Notes under the pieces: generated by a model
The model's input: only the letters and a program-made list of their open reading frames with translations
Databases searched by the model: none
Told to the model about the DNA's origin: nothing
Assembly (NCBI GenBank): GCA_963842415.1
Contig: CAWJGN010000003.1
Span: 225,931 to 289,930, forward strand
From: an uncultured Acidimicrobiaceae bacterium
Lineage (GTDB): Bacteria; Actinomycetota; Acidimicrobiia; Acidimicrobiales; RAAP-2
Direction of reading: 5' to 3'
DNA length: 64,000 bases
Program-made: the position numbers and the translations under genes
In this document: one piece after another, positions 39,746 to 49,460 of the stretch
Position numbering within the stretch: position 1 is the stretch's first letter
Layout: each line of letters begins with the position of its first letter

Positions 39746-41520
39746 TGCGAGCTCAGGGGAGCGGCCCGGTCGTCGATGTGGAGCTGGCACTGCTGGTTCC
39801 CGTTCCTCCCGTCGCGCCGGACGTCGTCGTGGACTGCTGCGCACCGTTGGTCGTGGTGGTCGTCGGTCTCACGGTGGTCGTCGTCGAGTCGTTCGGAACG
39901 ACCGTCGTGGTCGTCGTGGTGCTGGCCCCACTTGCCCGCTGCTTGTGCGCCGACGGCGTGGTGGACGTCGGCGGGGCCCCCGAATTGCCCGGACTCCTGG
40001 AAGCCCGGGCCCTGGGTGCTGACGGACCCGGTGGCCGGCCCTGCCGGCGGCGTGCGCAGCGGCGTCGTCCCGCCGTGGAGGGTGGACAGCACGGAGTCGT
40101 CGTCGCCTTCCATCCCGAGCGCCCACGCGCCGACTCCGAGCAGGCCCGAGTCCCCCGCCAGTTGGACCTTGCCCGCGATCGTGTTGACGTTGTCGAAGAA
40201 GACCTGGTGCCACTGCCCGCCGCTCTGGTACGACGTCCACGCGGTCTGCGTGGCTGCGTCCCAATACGTGGGTCCCGAGGCCATGGCCTGTGCGTAGGTG
40301 ACCGTCTGCGACGGACCGGTGGCGGCGTCGCCCAGATCGGGACCGCTCGTCGGTTCGTCGTACCCGAAGAGTGGCAAGCCCAAGATGACCTTCGAGGCGC
40401 CTACCGCAGAGATGTACTGCGAGATGTAGCTCGCGTCCGCACCGCCGGCATTGCCGTTCCCCTGGGACGGCCCCTGGTTGACGTCGTACGCCATGACGAA
40501 GAAGGCATTGACCCATTTGCTCAGGCCCGCGATGTCGTAGAAACCGGAGGGGTCACCCGCTGAGGACGCGTACGTGGCCATGGTGAGCTGGTAGTGCGGA
40601 TCGGTCGTGTGCAAGATGAAGTCGACCTGCGACACCAGGTGGTCCAGACCGGCCTGGTCCCCGTTCCCGGTTCCTTCGAAGTCGAGGTTCACCCCGTCGA
40701 GGTTCTTGTCCTTCACCAGGTCCCTCAGTTGCAGCCCCAGCGTCACGCCTGCGTTCGGATCGTGAGTCAGCGTGTCGAGCGACGAGTTCGAAAAATCGGT
40801 CGCGGTCAACACGACCCGGTCACCCGCTTGGTGTGCCGCGTTCACGAGATCGGTGAAGTCCTGGCTCTCGTAGCCGTTCCAGCCCGACCCAGACGTCTGA
40901 ATCGTCCCGTTGGGGTTCACGTCGACGCCGAAGTACGCGATGGTGGAGAAGTCGTCGACTGGGATCTGTGAGGCCTCCGGGAGCGACCAGTACGGCGCGT
41001 AGCCGAACACCTCGTGCGCCGACGTCGGCGCTGACTCCGCGACCTGAGGCGGTGTCGGATCGGGTGTTGCTGTCGCTCGAGCCAGGTGGAGCACCGCCTG
41101 GCGCGTGGCGAGCCGGTCCGCCGCCGGGCTGTCTGCCACGTGCACGTGGGCCGGCGGGTTCGCACTGGTCGCCATGGTGAGCCCGGCGGCCAAGCCTCCG
41201 ATCAAGAGGGCAAAGCTGGCCACCGCCGATGGCGAGCTTGCGCAGCGGAACGCGTTCCCAGATCCGGGGAGGATCCTCCAGGTCGGCGGACGCGATCCTG
41301 ACCGGCGAAGACGCGGATCCTCGTCGCTGCGGACCCCCGGCTCGCCGACGGGCGCTTCGGTGGGATCAGCGCGGCCTGCGCCGAGACGGTGGAGAGGAGT
41401 TCCCAGGCGGTGCTGGGCGGCGTCTCCAGAGGGGTAGGGCCGGTGTACGACGCCGTCCGCGAGACGGAGTCGAGGAGCCCGACGGTGTCGGTGTCGGGCG
41501 TCGTTGGCACGGTCCCGCAT
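39736..41520 (-). CDS. membrane-anchored glycoside hydrolase family 18 protein; start and C-terminal tail frame uncertain
   Basis: TM segment VASFALLIGGLAAGL, then LDGVNLDFEG (DxxDxDxE), FFVMAYD, GLPLFGY and GVGAWALG. An alternative tail frame gives a Thr/Ser-rich end with TGA at 39753. It is part of the composite ORF 39736..42570. Confidence 0.72.
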   Translation of the reverse strand: MRDRANDARHRHRRAPRLRLADGVVHRPYPSGDAAQHRLGTPLHRLGAGRADPTEAPVGEPGVRSDEDPRLRRSGSRPPTWRILPGSGNAFRCASSPSAVASFALLIGGLAAGLTMATSANPPAHVHVADSPAADRLATRQAVLHLARATATPDPTPPQVAESAPTSAHEVFGYAPYWSLPEASQIPVDDFSTIAYFGVDVNPNGTIQTSGSGWNGYESQDFTDLVNAAHQAGDRVVLTATDFSNSSLDTLTHDPNAGVTLGLQLRDLVKDKNLDGVNLDFEGTGNGDQAGLDHLVSQVDFILHTTDPHYQLTMATYASSAGDPSGFYDIAGLSKWVNAFFVMAYDVNQGPSQGNGNAGGADASYISQYISAVGASKVILGLPLFGYDEPTSGPDLGDAATGPSQTVTYAQAMASGPTYWDAATQTAWTSYQSGGQWHQVFFDNVNTIAGKVQLAGDSGLLGVGAWALGMEGDDDSVLSTLHGGTTPLRTPPAGPATGSVSTQGPGFQESGQFGGPADVHHAVGAQAAGKWGQHHDDHDGRSERLDDDHRETDDHHDQRCAAVHDDVRRDGRNGNQQCQLHIDDRAAPLSSQCR

Positions 41521-41704
41521 CCTCGCGAACGGCCAGCGCCGCCCGGTCTCTCGCTGTGTCCACATCCTCTGACTGCCCTCCGTGCGGCGCACCGCCTCGG
41601 CCAGTCGTGCCGCGGTGTCCCAGAGGCTAGGCGAAACGGGTGAACCCGATGCAACATCGACGTAACACTGAGATGAACACTCTGATCCTCGAGGCGCCTC
41701 GCGG

Positions 41705-42570
41705 TCAGGAGCGAGGGGTGATCGACCCTTCGACCTGGGCCAACAAGGCTGCGAAGGCGGCCTCGTCGAGGTCGATCGGCGCCACAACGGCCCGGGCGGC
41801 GCTGCAGAGGACCCTCGCCGCCGCGTGTCCCCCGACGATGCAGCCACCAGCGCCTGCGTGACCACGGCCAGGATCGCCGCTCCCTGGGTCCTCCCGCTGC
41901 GCTCGTGCTCGGGCACCGCGCCGAAGCCCTCCATGGCCCCCTCGATGATCTGTGTGGCTTCTGCCGTGCGGCCTTGACGGAGCCGCAGCAGGGCCAGCGT
42001 GGTCTCGATGGACGGGTTCCCCGGAGAGACGCTACGGGCCACTTCGACGAAGCGCTCGGCATCGGCCAGCACGAAGGGATCGTCGAGCCGGGAAAGGTGG
42101 CCTAAGTCGCCGTGCACGAGCAGGCACCAGGCACGGGCATTGGCCAGGATCGAGCGCTCCTCCGCGGAGATGTCCCGGCGGGGATCACCTATGGGAGGTT
42201 CCTCGAGCGCCTTACGAGCCAGCCCCATCCCGTCGATGCGTTGATAGGGGCTGGCCCCGAGCATCAGCATGGACGCCAGGGAAACGTCCATGCGGGCGGC
42301 GTAGCTGTCTTCACCGGGTTGGTCCGAACCGAACCAGTCCTCGTCGGGCACCGGCTCGCCCCCGAACGCTTCCCCCTCGACCGGTCCGGTGACGACCGGT
42401 CCGGTGACGAGCGGTCCGTCGTCGGTGTCCCCACCGCCGAAGAACTCGCCGACCGGCTCGAACGCACCGCCGTCTCGTGACGCGTCTTCTCGAGGTGGGT
42501 CAGCCGGGGGGGCGGGCGGCGGCGCTGGCGAACCGCGCCAGCGACGCCGCGTGTGCTTGGCCACGACCAA
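41705..42570 (-). CDS. hypothetical protein (acidic/Gly N-terminus, helical TPR-like body), one frame disruption near 41825
   Basis: GC3-rich frame from 42570. After GDT the coding signal moves to the frame AAARVLCSAARAVVAPIDLDEAAFAALLAQVEGSITPRS-TGA (41705). Confidence 0.4.
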
Positions 42571-42666
42571 AAAGACTAACCGTCACGCGACGGGTCTCCT
42601 GCCCGGCTCGCCGCGCCTCCCGGCCGCGGTGACCTTCCGGCGGGCCACGACGTCGTGCCGGACGAC

Positions 42667-42702
42667 GCGCAACGACCCGGCCGTCAAGCCGGGTCGTTGC
42701 GC
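42667..42702 (-). terminator. 15-bp perfect stem / 6-nt loop hairpin (candidate intrinsic terminator, no U-tract)
   Basis: GCGCAACGACCCGGC cgtcaa GCCGGGTCGTTGCGC, downstream of the gene ending at 42801. Confidence 0.5.
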
Positions 42703-42731
42703 TGAAACCTGTGCTACTCGGAGGGCCGGCT

Positions 42732-42761
42732 CCGGGCTGTGGGTGAGAACCCACAGCCCGG
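42732..42761 (-). terminator. 12-bp perfect stem / 6-nt loop hairpin (candidate intrinsic terminator, no U-tract)
   Basis: CCGGGCTGTGGG tgagaa CCCACAGCCCGG, 40 nt after the stop at 42801. Confidence 0.5.
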
Positions 42762-42800
42762 GCGACCGGCCTTCCGTTGGTACTAACGCTGCAGCAAGTG

Positions 42801-44770
42801 TCAGTCGCCGGCCGAGTCGCCGTCGGTCGTGACCGTGATGCAGTAGCCGATCGGCGCCGTGGCGCTGGCCGACTGAGTGCCGAGGGTGGCGCCGCCGTCC
42901 TCGACGTTGTTGTAGGTGCCGCTGACGGCCGAGTTGTCGGTGTCAACGTTGACGGGGCTGAAGCTCCAAGGCGCAGCCTCTTCGACTGAGGCCTGGTACT
43001 TGGAACCCTGCAGCCCGTCTGACCACGCCGGGTTCGGGATGCCCGCCTTCGTGCCGTTGTACTGGCCGGTCGAGTCGCCCTGGCCGTCCTCGACCTGGAG
43101 GTTCGGCAGCGGCGTGAAGCCCTCATTCGTGATCGCCGTGTCGATCTCCGAGCGGTAGGTCGCCCCGGTGTTCGGGTCGATGTCCGTCGCGGTCGAGGGC
43201 TTGCAGATGAACCCGTCCTCGCTGATGGCGTTCAGCGTCGCCGGGTTGCTGGCCGGGATCTCCGAGTTCGAGCCGTCCGAGTACACGTTGTACAGCAGGC
43301 GGTCACCCGGGAAGGCGCTCCCCTCCAGGCCAGGGAGCTGGTTGTTGATGTCAGCCTGGTCGAGTGCGATGCCGTTCAGCTTCTGACCCAACTGGACCTG
43401 CGTTCGCCTCCGATTCGTCCGACTTGCCCGTGCAGCCCGAGGCGAGAGTCTGCGTCGCAGCCCCCGCGGTGTTCGGGCAGAGCTGGTTGAAGCGCCCGTA
43501 CGAGAAGAAGAACATCACGTCACCCACGGGTGCGTGCGTGTCGTTGCCCAGGATCGACGACGTCTCGTTCTCGAAGATGATCTGCCTACTCGGCCAGTTG
43601 GAGGAGGTGCCCGGGAAGCTCGCGCCCGTGGCGGTCGCCCACGTCGACTCGGTGCCCGAACCGTTCTGCGCCCAGTAGGCGTAGATGGGGTGGGAGCTCC
43701 CGGCGGTGGTGCAGCCGAATACGGCGTTCCACGTCTCGCTGGGCACGCCGCCGCTGTACGTCTCGTTCCAGACCAGCTTGAGCTCACCGGTCGTGATGTT
43801 CGCCGCGCCGATCTGGTTGATGCACTTGGCGGCGTCGGTGCTGTTCGCCGACGTGCCGTTGTACGAGGTCCAGTACAGGTAGCTCACGGCGTCCTCGGCG
43901 TAGGCCACGAAGTTCAGACCCTCGAAGTCGCCACCGTTGGCTTGGTTCTGGGTGAGCTTCGGTGCCCGGGACGAGCGGGCCGCGTCGAGCGGAGACACGT
44001 TCACCGCGTTCGGGTTGCACGTACCCGACGAGCACGGGTTCAAGGTCGTGGCGGAGTGACCGACCACCGACGAGCTACCAGTGCCTTCGAGCTCCAGGAT
44101 GCCGCTGCTCGAACCGTACGACGGCTCCTCGACGAGGACGTCATTGAACGGGTTCTGCTGGCCCCAAGTGCTAAAGCCGTTCTCACCGTCTTGGGCGGTG
44201 GTGACGACCGTAACCGTGTCAGACGCCGAAGTCCCCGTCGTCTTCACCTGCAGCTTGATCTTGCCGCTCGTGGTGTTGAAGGAGGTGATGACGTCCCCGG
44301 TGGGGATATCGCCGGCGCTGTCGTAGACCAGGTCGCCCGCCTCGACGCCATCGCCCGCCGCGCCAGCCCCGAGCGTCACCTTCTTGGAGGCCCCTGTAAC
44401 CGGAACCGTGAAGGGCGACGACTGCGCAGAGGGTTGTGCCGTGCCCGCTTCGCCACCGAGTCCAGGGCAGCCGTAGTCGAGCGGCTGCACGCCGCTCGCC
44501 CCGCTGGTGCTGGTCTGACCGACGATGTCACAACCAGGGCTCTCGTTGAAGAGGGCGGCCTCGCCCTGCATCAAGAGGTAAGCGGTGTTCGAACCACCCT
44601 GAACGATGAGGTAGTTCTGGGCGGGTCGAGTTGTCCGCGTTCCCGTTGTTGACATTCTGGTTCTGGGCGGCGAAGGCGGGGGCGGCGAAGCCAATTGCCA
44701 GCGCCGACGCCCCCACAATTGTCGCGCCCGTCCGCAACGCGCGATGGCGTGCCAACAGCTTCTTCAGCAT
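42801..44770 (-). CDS. secreted PBP_like_2 (PstS-family-like) protein with large insertion, frame disruptions near 44615 and 43395
   Basis: Signal peptide MLKKLLARHRALRTGATIVGASALAIGFAAPAFA. NYLIVQGGSNTAYLLMQ, YWAQNGSGTESTW and KLNGIALDQADINNQLPGLEGSAFPGDRLLYNVY. AAAGGAGA lies before ATG 44770. Confidence 0.5.
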
Positions 44771-44944
44771 GTTGATGGGTCTCCTTTGTTGGTTTGTGTG
44801 TCTCTCCGATGCCAGCGTTCGCCGGCTCGGCAGCCAAAGGGCACCTCAGTACCGTGATCGATCCCTTCGCCGCCGCGCACTTAGGGAACCGGGGTAAACG
44901 TTCTGTGAACACCGCGCACACCCACGAAGAAATGTTCGTGTCTG

Positions 44945-44975
44945 TTTTCACCACGTTCACGGCGACTTCACTTGC
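44945..44975. promoter_or_regulatory. three TTCAC repeats (PHO-box-like) upstream of the third PstS-like gene
   Basis: TTCAC at 44947, 44956 and 44967 (spacings 9 and 11 nt), about 180-200 nt upstream of ATG 44770. Actinobacterial PhoP boxes are 11-nt direct repeats of GTTCACC-like units. Confidence 0.25.
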
Positions 44976-45106
44976 TACGCGGGAAGCAGGGCGGCGCCCT
45001 CTACGCAGGCCCGACACCGGGGTCCCCGCTCGCCGAAGCCGGCTCGCCGTCATGGGCCTTCGGTTGCCGTTCCGCGTCACGGTGCGCGAACGGCTGGTAA
45101 ACCGGA

Positions 45107-45683
45107 TCAGGTTCCGCCGGTGCTGCCGGAGTTGCCGAAGGTGCCGGGTCCGCCCGAGTTCGGAGTTGACGAACACCTTGGCGACGAAACCGGACGGCTC
45201 GAGCGGTGTAGCTGACCGGGCCTCCGGCGGGAGGCGTCCAGGTGAACGTTGCGCCTGGAGGGATGGTGCCCGAGTCGACCGGGTAAAACTTGTAGTCGTC
45301 GAAGACGATCCGTTGCGGGCTGCTGCGAGAGGTTGTACCAGACGATCGGGGCGCTGATGCTCGCCTGGAGGTCCTGAGGCAGGACACGCGACCGTCCTCA
45401 ATGATGATGTCCTGCCCGGGGTTGAGCCCCGGCTGAATCGTCTGGTAGCCGCCCCCCTTGGGCATCGTGGTCGTCGGGTCGGCGGCGCCGATGGACACCG
45501 GTCCCGTAGGTGACCCGCATCGGTGCGTTCACGGCCGAGAGGCCCTTGGGCTGCGCTCCGACAATGTCCGCTTTCGTCGTCGACGTGGTCGACTGCTGGT
45601 CCGAGGCGGCATTCGTCGGTCCGCCGCAGGCCGCAAGCCCCACGCCCAACGCGAGGAGCAAGGCCGCTGCAGCGACGACGCAT
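45107..45683 (-). pseudogene. small lipoprotein gene broken by about 5-6 frame shifts
   Basis: Stitching the frames gives MRRR/AAALLLALGVGLAAC-GGPTNAAS...VTYGTG/PVSIGAADPTTTMPKGGGYQTIQPGLNPGQDIIIEDGR/VLPQDLQASISAPIVWYNLSQQP/QRIVFDDYKFYPVDSGTIPPGATFTWTPPAGGPVSYT/PLEPSGFVAKVFVNSELG/GPGTFGNSGSTGGT-TGA. A beta-rich, possibly cupredoxin-like fold is a guess. Confidence 0.45.
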
Positions 45684-45732
45684 TGCCGCGTCGTTCAGTT
45701 CTCTTTCCGTTCACTTGCGACCTCAGCACGAA

Positions 45733-46763
45733 TCAAACCGTGGCGGGGAGAAACCCGATGATGCTCTCACAGGCGAACAGCGCGACCAGGAGCAGAACGG
45801 GTACGGCGAGAACGTACACCACGACCGGCTGGTCCCAACGTCGCACTAGCCACGCCGCGGCGCTCAAGAGGACGAAGAAGACGATGCACCAGAAGATGGC
45901 GAGCAGTCCCGACGCCGGATCGCCGGCCAGGCCGAGCTCTGCCGATGGCCACGTGGAAGTGTGGTTGGGTCGTGTCCGCCAGGGGCTTTCCCTCGAGCTG
46001 GGCGATGACCGCGAGCCTGCCCGTGCGGGAAGAACCCCGAGGCCGCCGTGACCAGCGTGAGGCGGTTCGTCGCGGTCTCGGTCACGACGTCGTGCCGTCC
46101 TCCTTCCGCGTAGACGACCCTCTTCACCTTGTAGTGATAGGTGCCGTACCCGTCGACGACGATGATGAGCTGACCCCTCTTGAGCGATCCGATGGCGCCG
46201 AATGGCGCGCCGAAGGTGGCACGTCGTCCCGCGATCACGGCGTTGCCCGGTTGCCCCGGCAACGCCGTCGTCGGCATGTGGCCCGGCCCGAGGCGCAGGT
46301 CCTGGGCGTCGGTGCCCTGCACGACCGCGTCGGTTTGGTGCAACGCGGGGATCTCCAGCACGGCCACCGGAGTGCCCTCCGGCGGCAGCTTCCCTTCCGC
46401 CAGGTTGAACGTCTTGGCCGGGCTGGCGGTGATCTCCTGGAGGAGAGTGTGTTGCGCACGGCCCTCGCTGAGCGGCGTGAAGAGGTAGATGTAGCCGAGC
46501 AGGAGCATGATGAACACGCCCAACCCGAAGATGAGCACGCCCGCGACGCGCGGACGGAGCAAGACCGCCAGCCACGAGCGAACCGTCGCGACGACGCGCT
46601 CGAACAGGACCTGCGCCTTCGACGGAGGCTGGGTCCGCACCGCTTGGCCCAACACGTCTGCGACGCGTGGCCCGGCGAACCTCTCGTCTCGCTTGTCCAG
46701 GTCCGTCGTATGTCCGGTCTCGGCCGACGCCTCCTCAGCTTCGTGGAGGGCGAGACCGTCCAT
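45733..46763 (-). CDS. class E sortase homolog lacking catalytic His and Cys (pseudo-sortase), two C-terminal frame disruptions near 46012 and 45935
   Basis: LRLGPGHMPTTALPGQPGNAVIAGRRATFGAPF, where sortases have IAGHR. NRLTLVTAASGFFP, where sortases have TLxTC. RLAVIAQL retains the Arg. N-terminal and C-terminal TM segments. ATGA overlap with the upstream gene. Confidence 0.68.
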
Positions 46764-49460
46764 CAGCCTCCCTCCGGTGGACCGGGGCCGCTGACGTCCG
46801 CGGTGCCATCGGCACCTCCCTCGGCGCTCCCGTCACCTGTCGCCCTCGCTGGCCTTCGTAGCGTCGGCGACATGTAGAGCAACGGCCCCGCGATCAGACA
46901 GAGGAGGGCCAAGAGCAACAGCGCCGGCACGAAGTAGCGGCTGTCGCCCACCGTCACGGTAATGAGGCGCCCGACGAAGTTGCCGGGGGAAGAACCGCCA
47001 GATCCACCCGTCGGCGCGGCGGTCGCTGACCCGTGCCCTGCAAACCTCGAGGAGGAGGAGCCACGTGTGCCCCCGGGACCTGCGGACGCGCCCAAGGCTG
47101 CTCCAGGCGCGCTCCCTACGCTTGTGGCGGGCGCTGAACCCGAGCCGGACGTGCCGTTCGACCCACCCGAGGAGGTCGAGCCGCCCGGCGACACGATGTC
47201 GCTGGCGATGTCGGTCAGGGCCTGGTTGTACAGGCTCTGTGGAAGCGGGACGTAGCCGGACGGCAACGGCAGCGAGGAGTTTCCACCGTCGTACGAGTAG
47301 GTGACCAGGTTCGTGAGAAGATCCTTTAGCTGCGTGGCCTCGTCCGCGGTCTCCTGGGCAGCCGTCGAGACCAGCGCATAGGTCACCATCGGCAATGGGT
47401 AGGCGCCGGCGTCACCCATGTCGTCCAGATCGGGTGACAGCGTGCCGTCGGGATTCTTGATTGCGTCGTTCAAGGCATCGTCGATCGACTGCGCGCTGGG
47501 ACCGACGAAGGCGCCGGCGGCGTTCTGCAGGCTGGCGGGCAGCAGGCCGAAGAAGTCGGCCTCCGAGCTGTCCATGGCGGTGAAGGCAAACCCGCCCGTT
47601 CCGCCGTACTTGGGGACGGCGGCGTCCACGACGTGTGCCGCCGTGATCGGAGAGCTGGAGGGGTCGTACACATCGTTGACAGTGGAGGTGTTTCCGGCGA
47701 AGTCACCAGGCAGTGTCGACAGCGTCTTGCACTCGTTGGTCGGGTAGATGATGTGCTGCTCGACCACCCCGGGCGTCAATCCATTCGGATTTATCCCTTG
47801 GTTGTTGGCGCCCGCCACCGGACCCTGTTCCGCGTCCGCGAGGACTTGTTGACCGCTCAGCAGGTCCTGCACGGACGCCGAGCCGCCGAAGGGCAAATTG
47901 ACCGTCGTCTTGAGGTTGGGCGTGTCGCACATCCATGCGGTGGTCTCGTAGGTGGCGCCACTTCCGGTGGAGGGCCACATCGCTCCGAGCTGTTCCTCAG
48001 TGGTCGTGAGGCCTCCGTCAGTGAACGGCCACGGGTTGAGCATGACGTATGCCGTGTCGCCGTAGTAGGCCATGTCGCTGGTCCCGATGTTGTCTCCTTG
48101 TCCGTCGTAGAAGGTGTCGGGAGGTCCGTAGGCGTAGGTATCGAAGGGATCGGTCTCGTCGGTGGTTGACGTCGCACCGCTCACGTCGAGATTGTCCGTC
48201 TTCCCGTCCGCCGATTCCACCAGCAGGTCCTTCGGGAAGCTCTGTTGCGTTTCCGTGCACTTCGCCGACCCGGACAGCTCGTAGCAGAGGTCGTCGTCGG
48301 GGTCAGCCGGCGACGCAACCGTGGAAGTCCACAGTTGCGTCATCACACCGGCCGCCATGGCGGGCGTCAGCTCGTACGAGTCGAGTGGATAGATCGCCGT
48401 ACTGCCTCCGAACGAAGACCCGGCGGCGCCACTGAACGCGATCTCCGTCGCTGAGGCGGCGATTGGGATGTAGGCGAACTTCCCACCCGCCGCATTCAAT
48501 TCGGCCACGGTCGCCGGGTCCTCCGGGTCGTCCGTGAAGCTGACCGGGGTACTGCCGTCAATGACGTCGTAGATCGGGCAGTGCGTGCCCGTGCCGTTGG
48601 CGCAGCCAGGGTCGTCGACCGACGGCAGCTCCGTCGGCAGCGCCGCGACGCCGCCTGGTCCGTTGCAGGTGGCCTCACCGGCAGCCGGGATGAACTGCGC
48701 GGCGCTGTAGGACGAGTCAACCTGCATAACCGGCGCCGTGCCGCACCCATCTCCACCCTGATTGAACGTGAGCGGGAAGATCACTGTGTTCCCCACGGCG
48801 GAGTAGTCCGGCGACGGCGGCTCGCCGTCCTGGTCGACGTCTTGGACCTCATCTTGCGGGATGTCCATGATCTCGACTCCGCACGGGTTGGACGCGTTGT
48901 CACAGAAGAAAGTGCCCGTCGAACCGGACGTGTACCCCTCGCAGCCCGGTGAACCCGACCCGACGACCTGGCAGCCCGTCTGCGACACGATCGCATCGGC
49001 ACCGGGGATATCGGGGTCGTACTCGGCTCGAGATGGCGAGGATGGTCTGGTTCGACGTGACGGTGCCGTACTCGTACTGCTCTGGCTCCGGTGTGGCCGC
49101 GCCGCCACCTTGTCCCGGGACCTCTGCCGCGCATTGCGGTTGAGCCACGACCTCTGTGCCCGTCCCGGCGAGCGAGCAGTAGGCGACCTCCAAATCGTCA
49201 CCGAGTGGGACGCCGGTAACATCGATGTACACGGCTTGGTTCAGGCCGACGTTCGTGACCGGTCCGGCGGTCACCGAGAACGGGGAGGACTGCTGGCTGC
49301 ACGTCGCTGTCTCGGGCGCGCACCCCGTAGACACGTCCGAGGGGGATACCGACGCCGTGGCGACGTCGCCGTGCGCCGATGCGAACACCAAGAGGCTGAG
49401 ACAGGCGACGACCAGCGCCGCCGCCAGGCGGAGGCTCCGGCCGGTTCTGGTCAGGCTCAC
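46763..49460 (-). CDS. large (about 900 aa) secreted PstS-family-like protein with C-terminal TM anchor, one frame disruption near 49030
   Basis: GTG 49460 overlaps the upstream stop (GTGA). Signal peptide LRLAAALVVACLSLLVFASAHG. FAYIPIAASATEIAF, GAYPLPMVTYALVST, a Gly/Ser linker, and the TM segment YFVPALLLLALLCLIAGPLLYM. Confidence 0.5.

Noticed and set aside
44571-45683. 370-aa minus-strand ORF spanning the lipoprotein gene, the intergenic gap and the signal peptide of the next gene.
   Set aside because: The translation is basic and low-complexity. Real coding signal hops between frames (the broken lipoprotein), and the AT-richer gap with a Shine-Dalgarno sequence before ATG 44770 is clearly non-coding.
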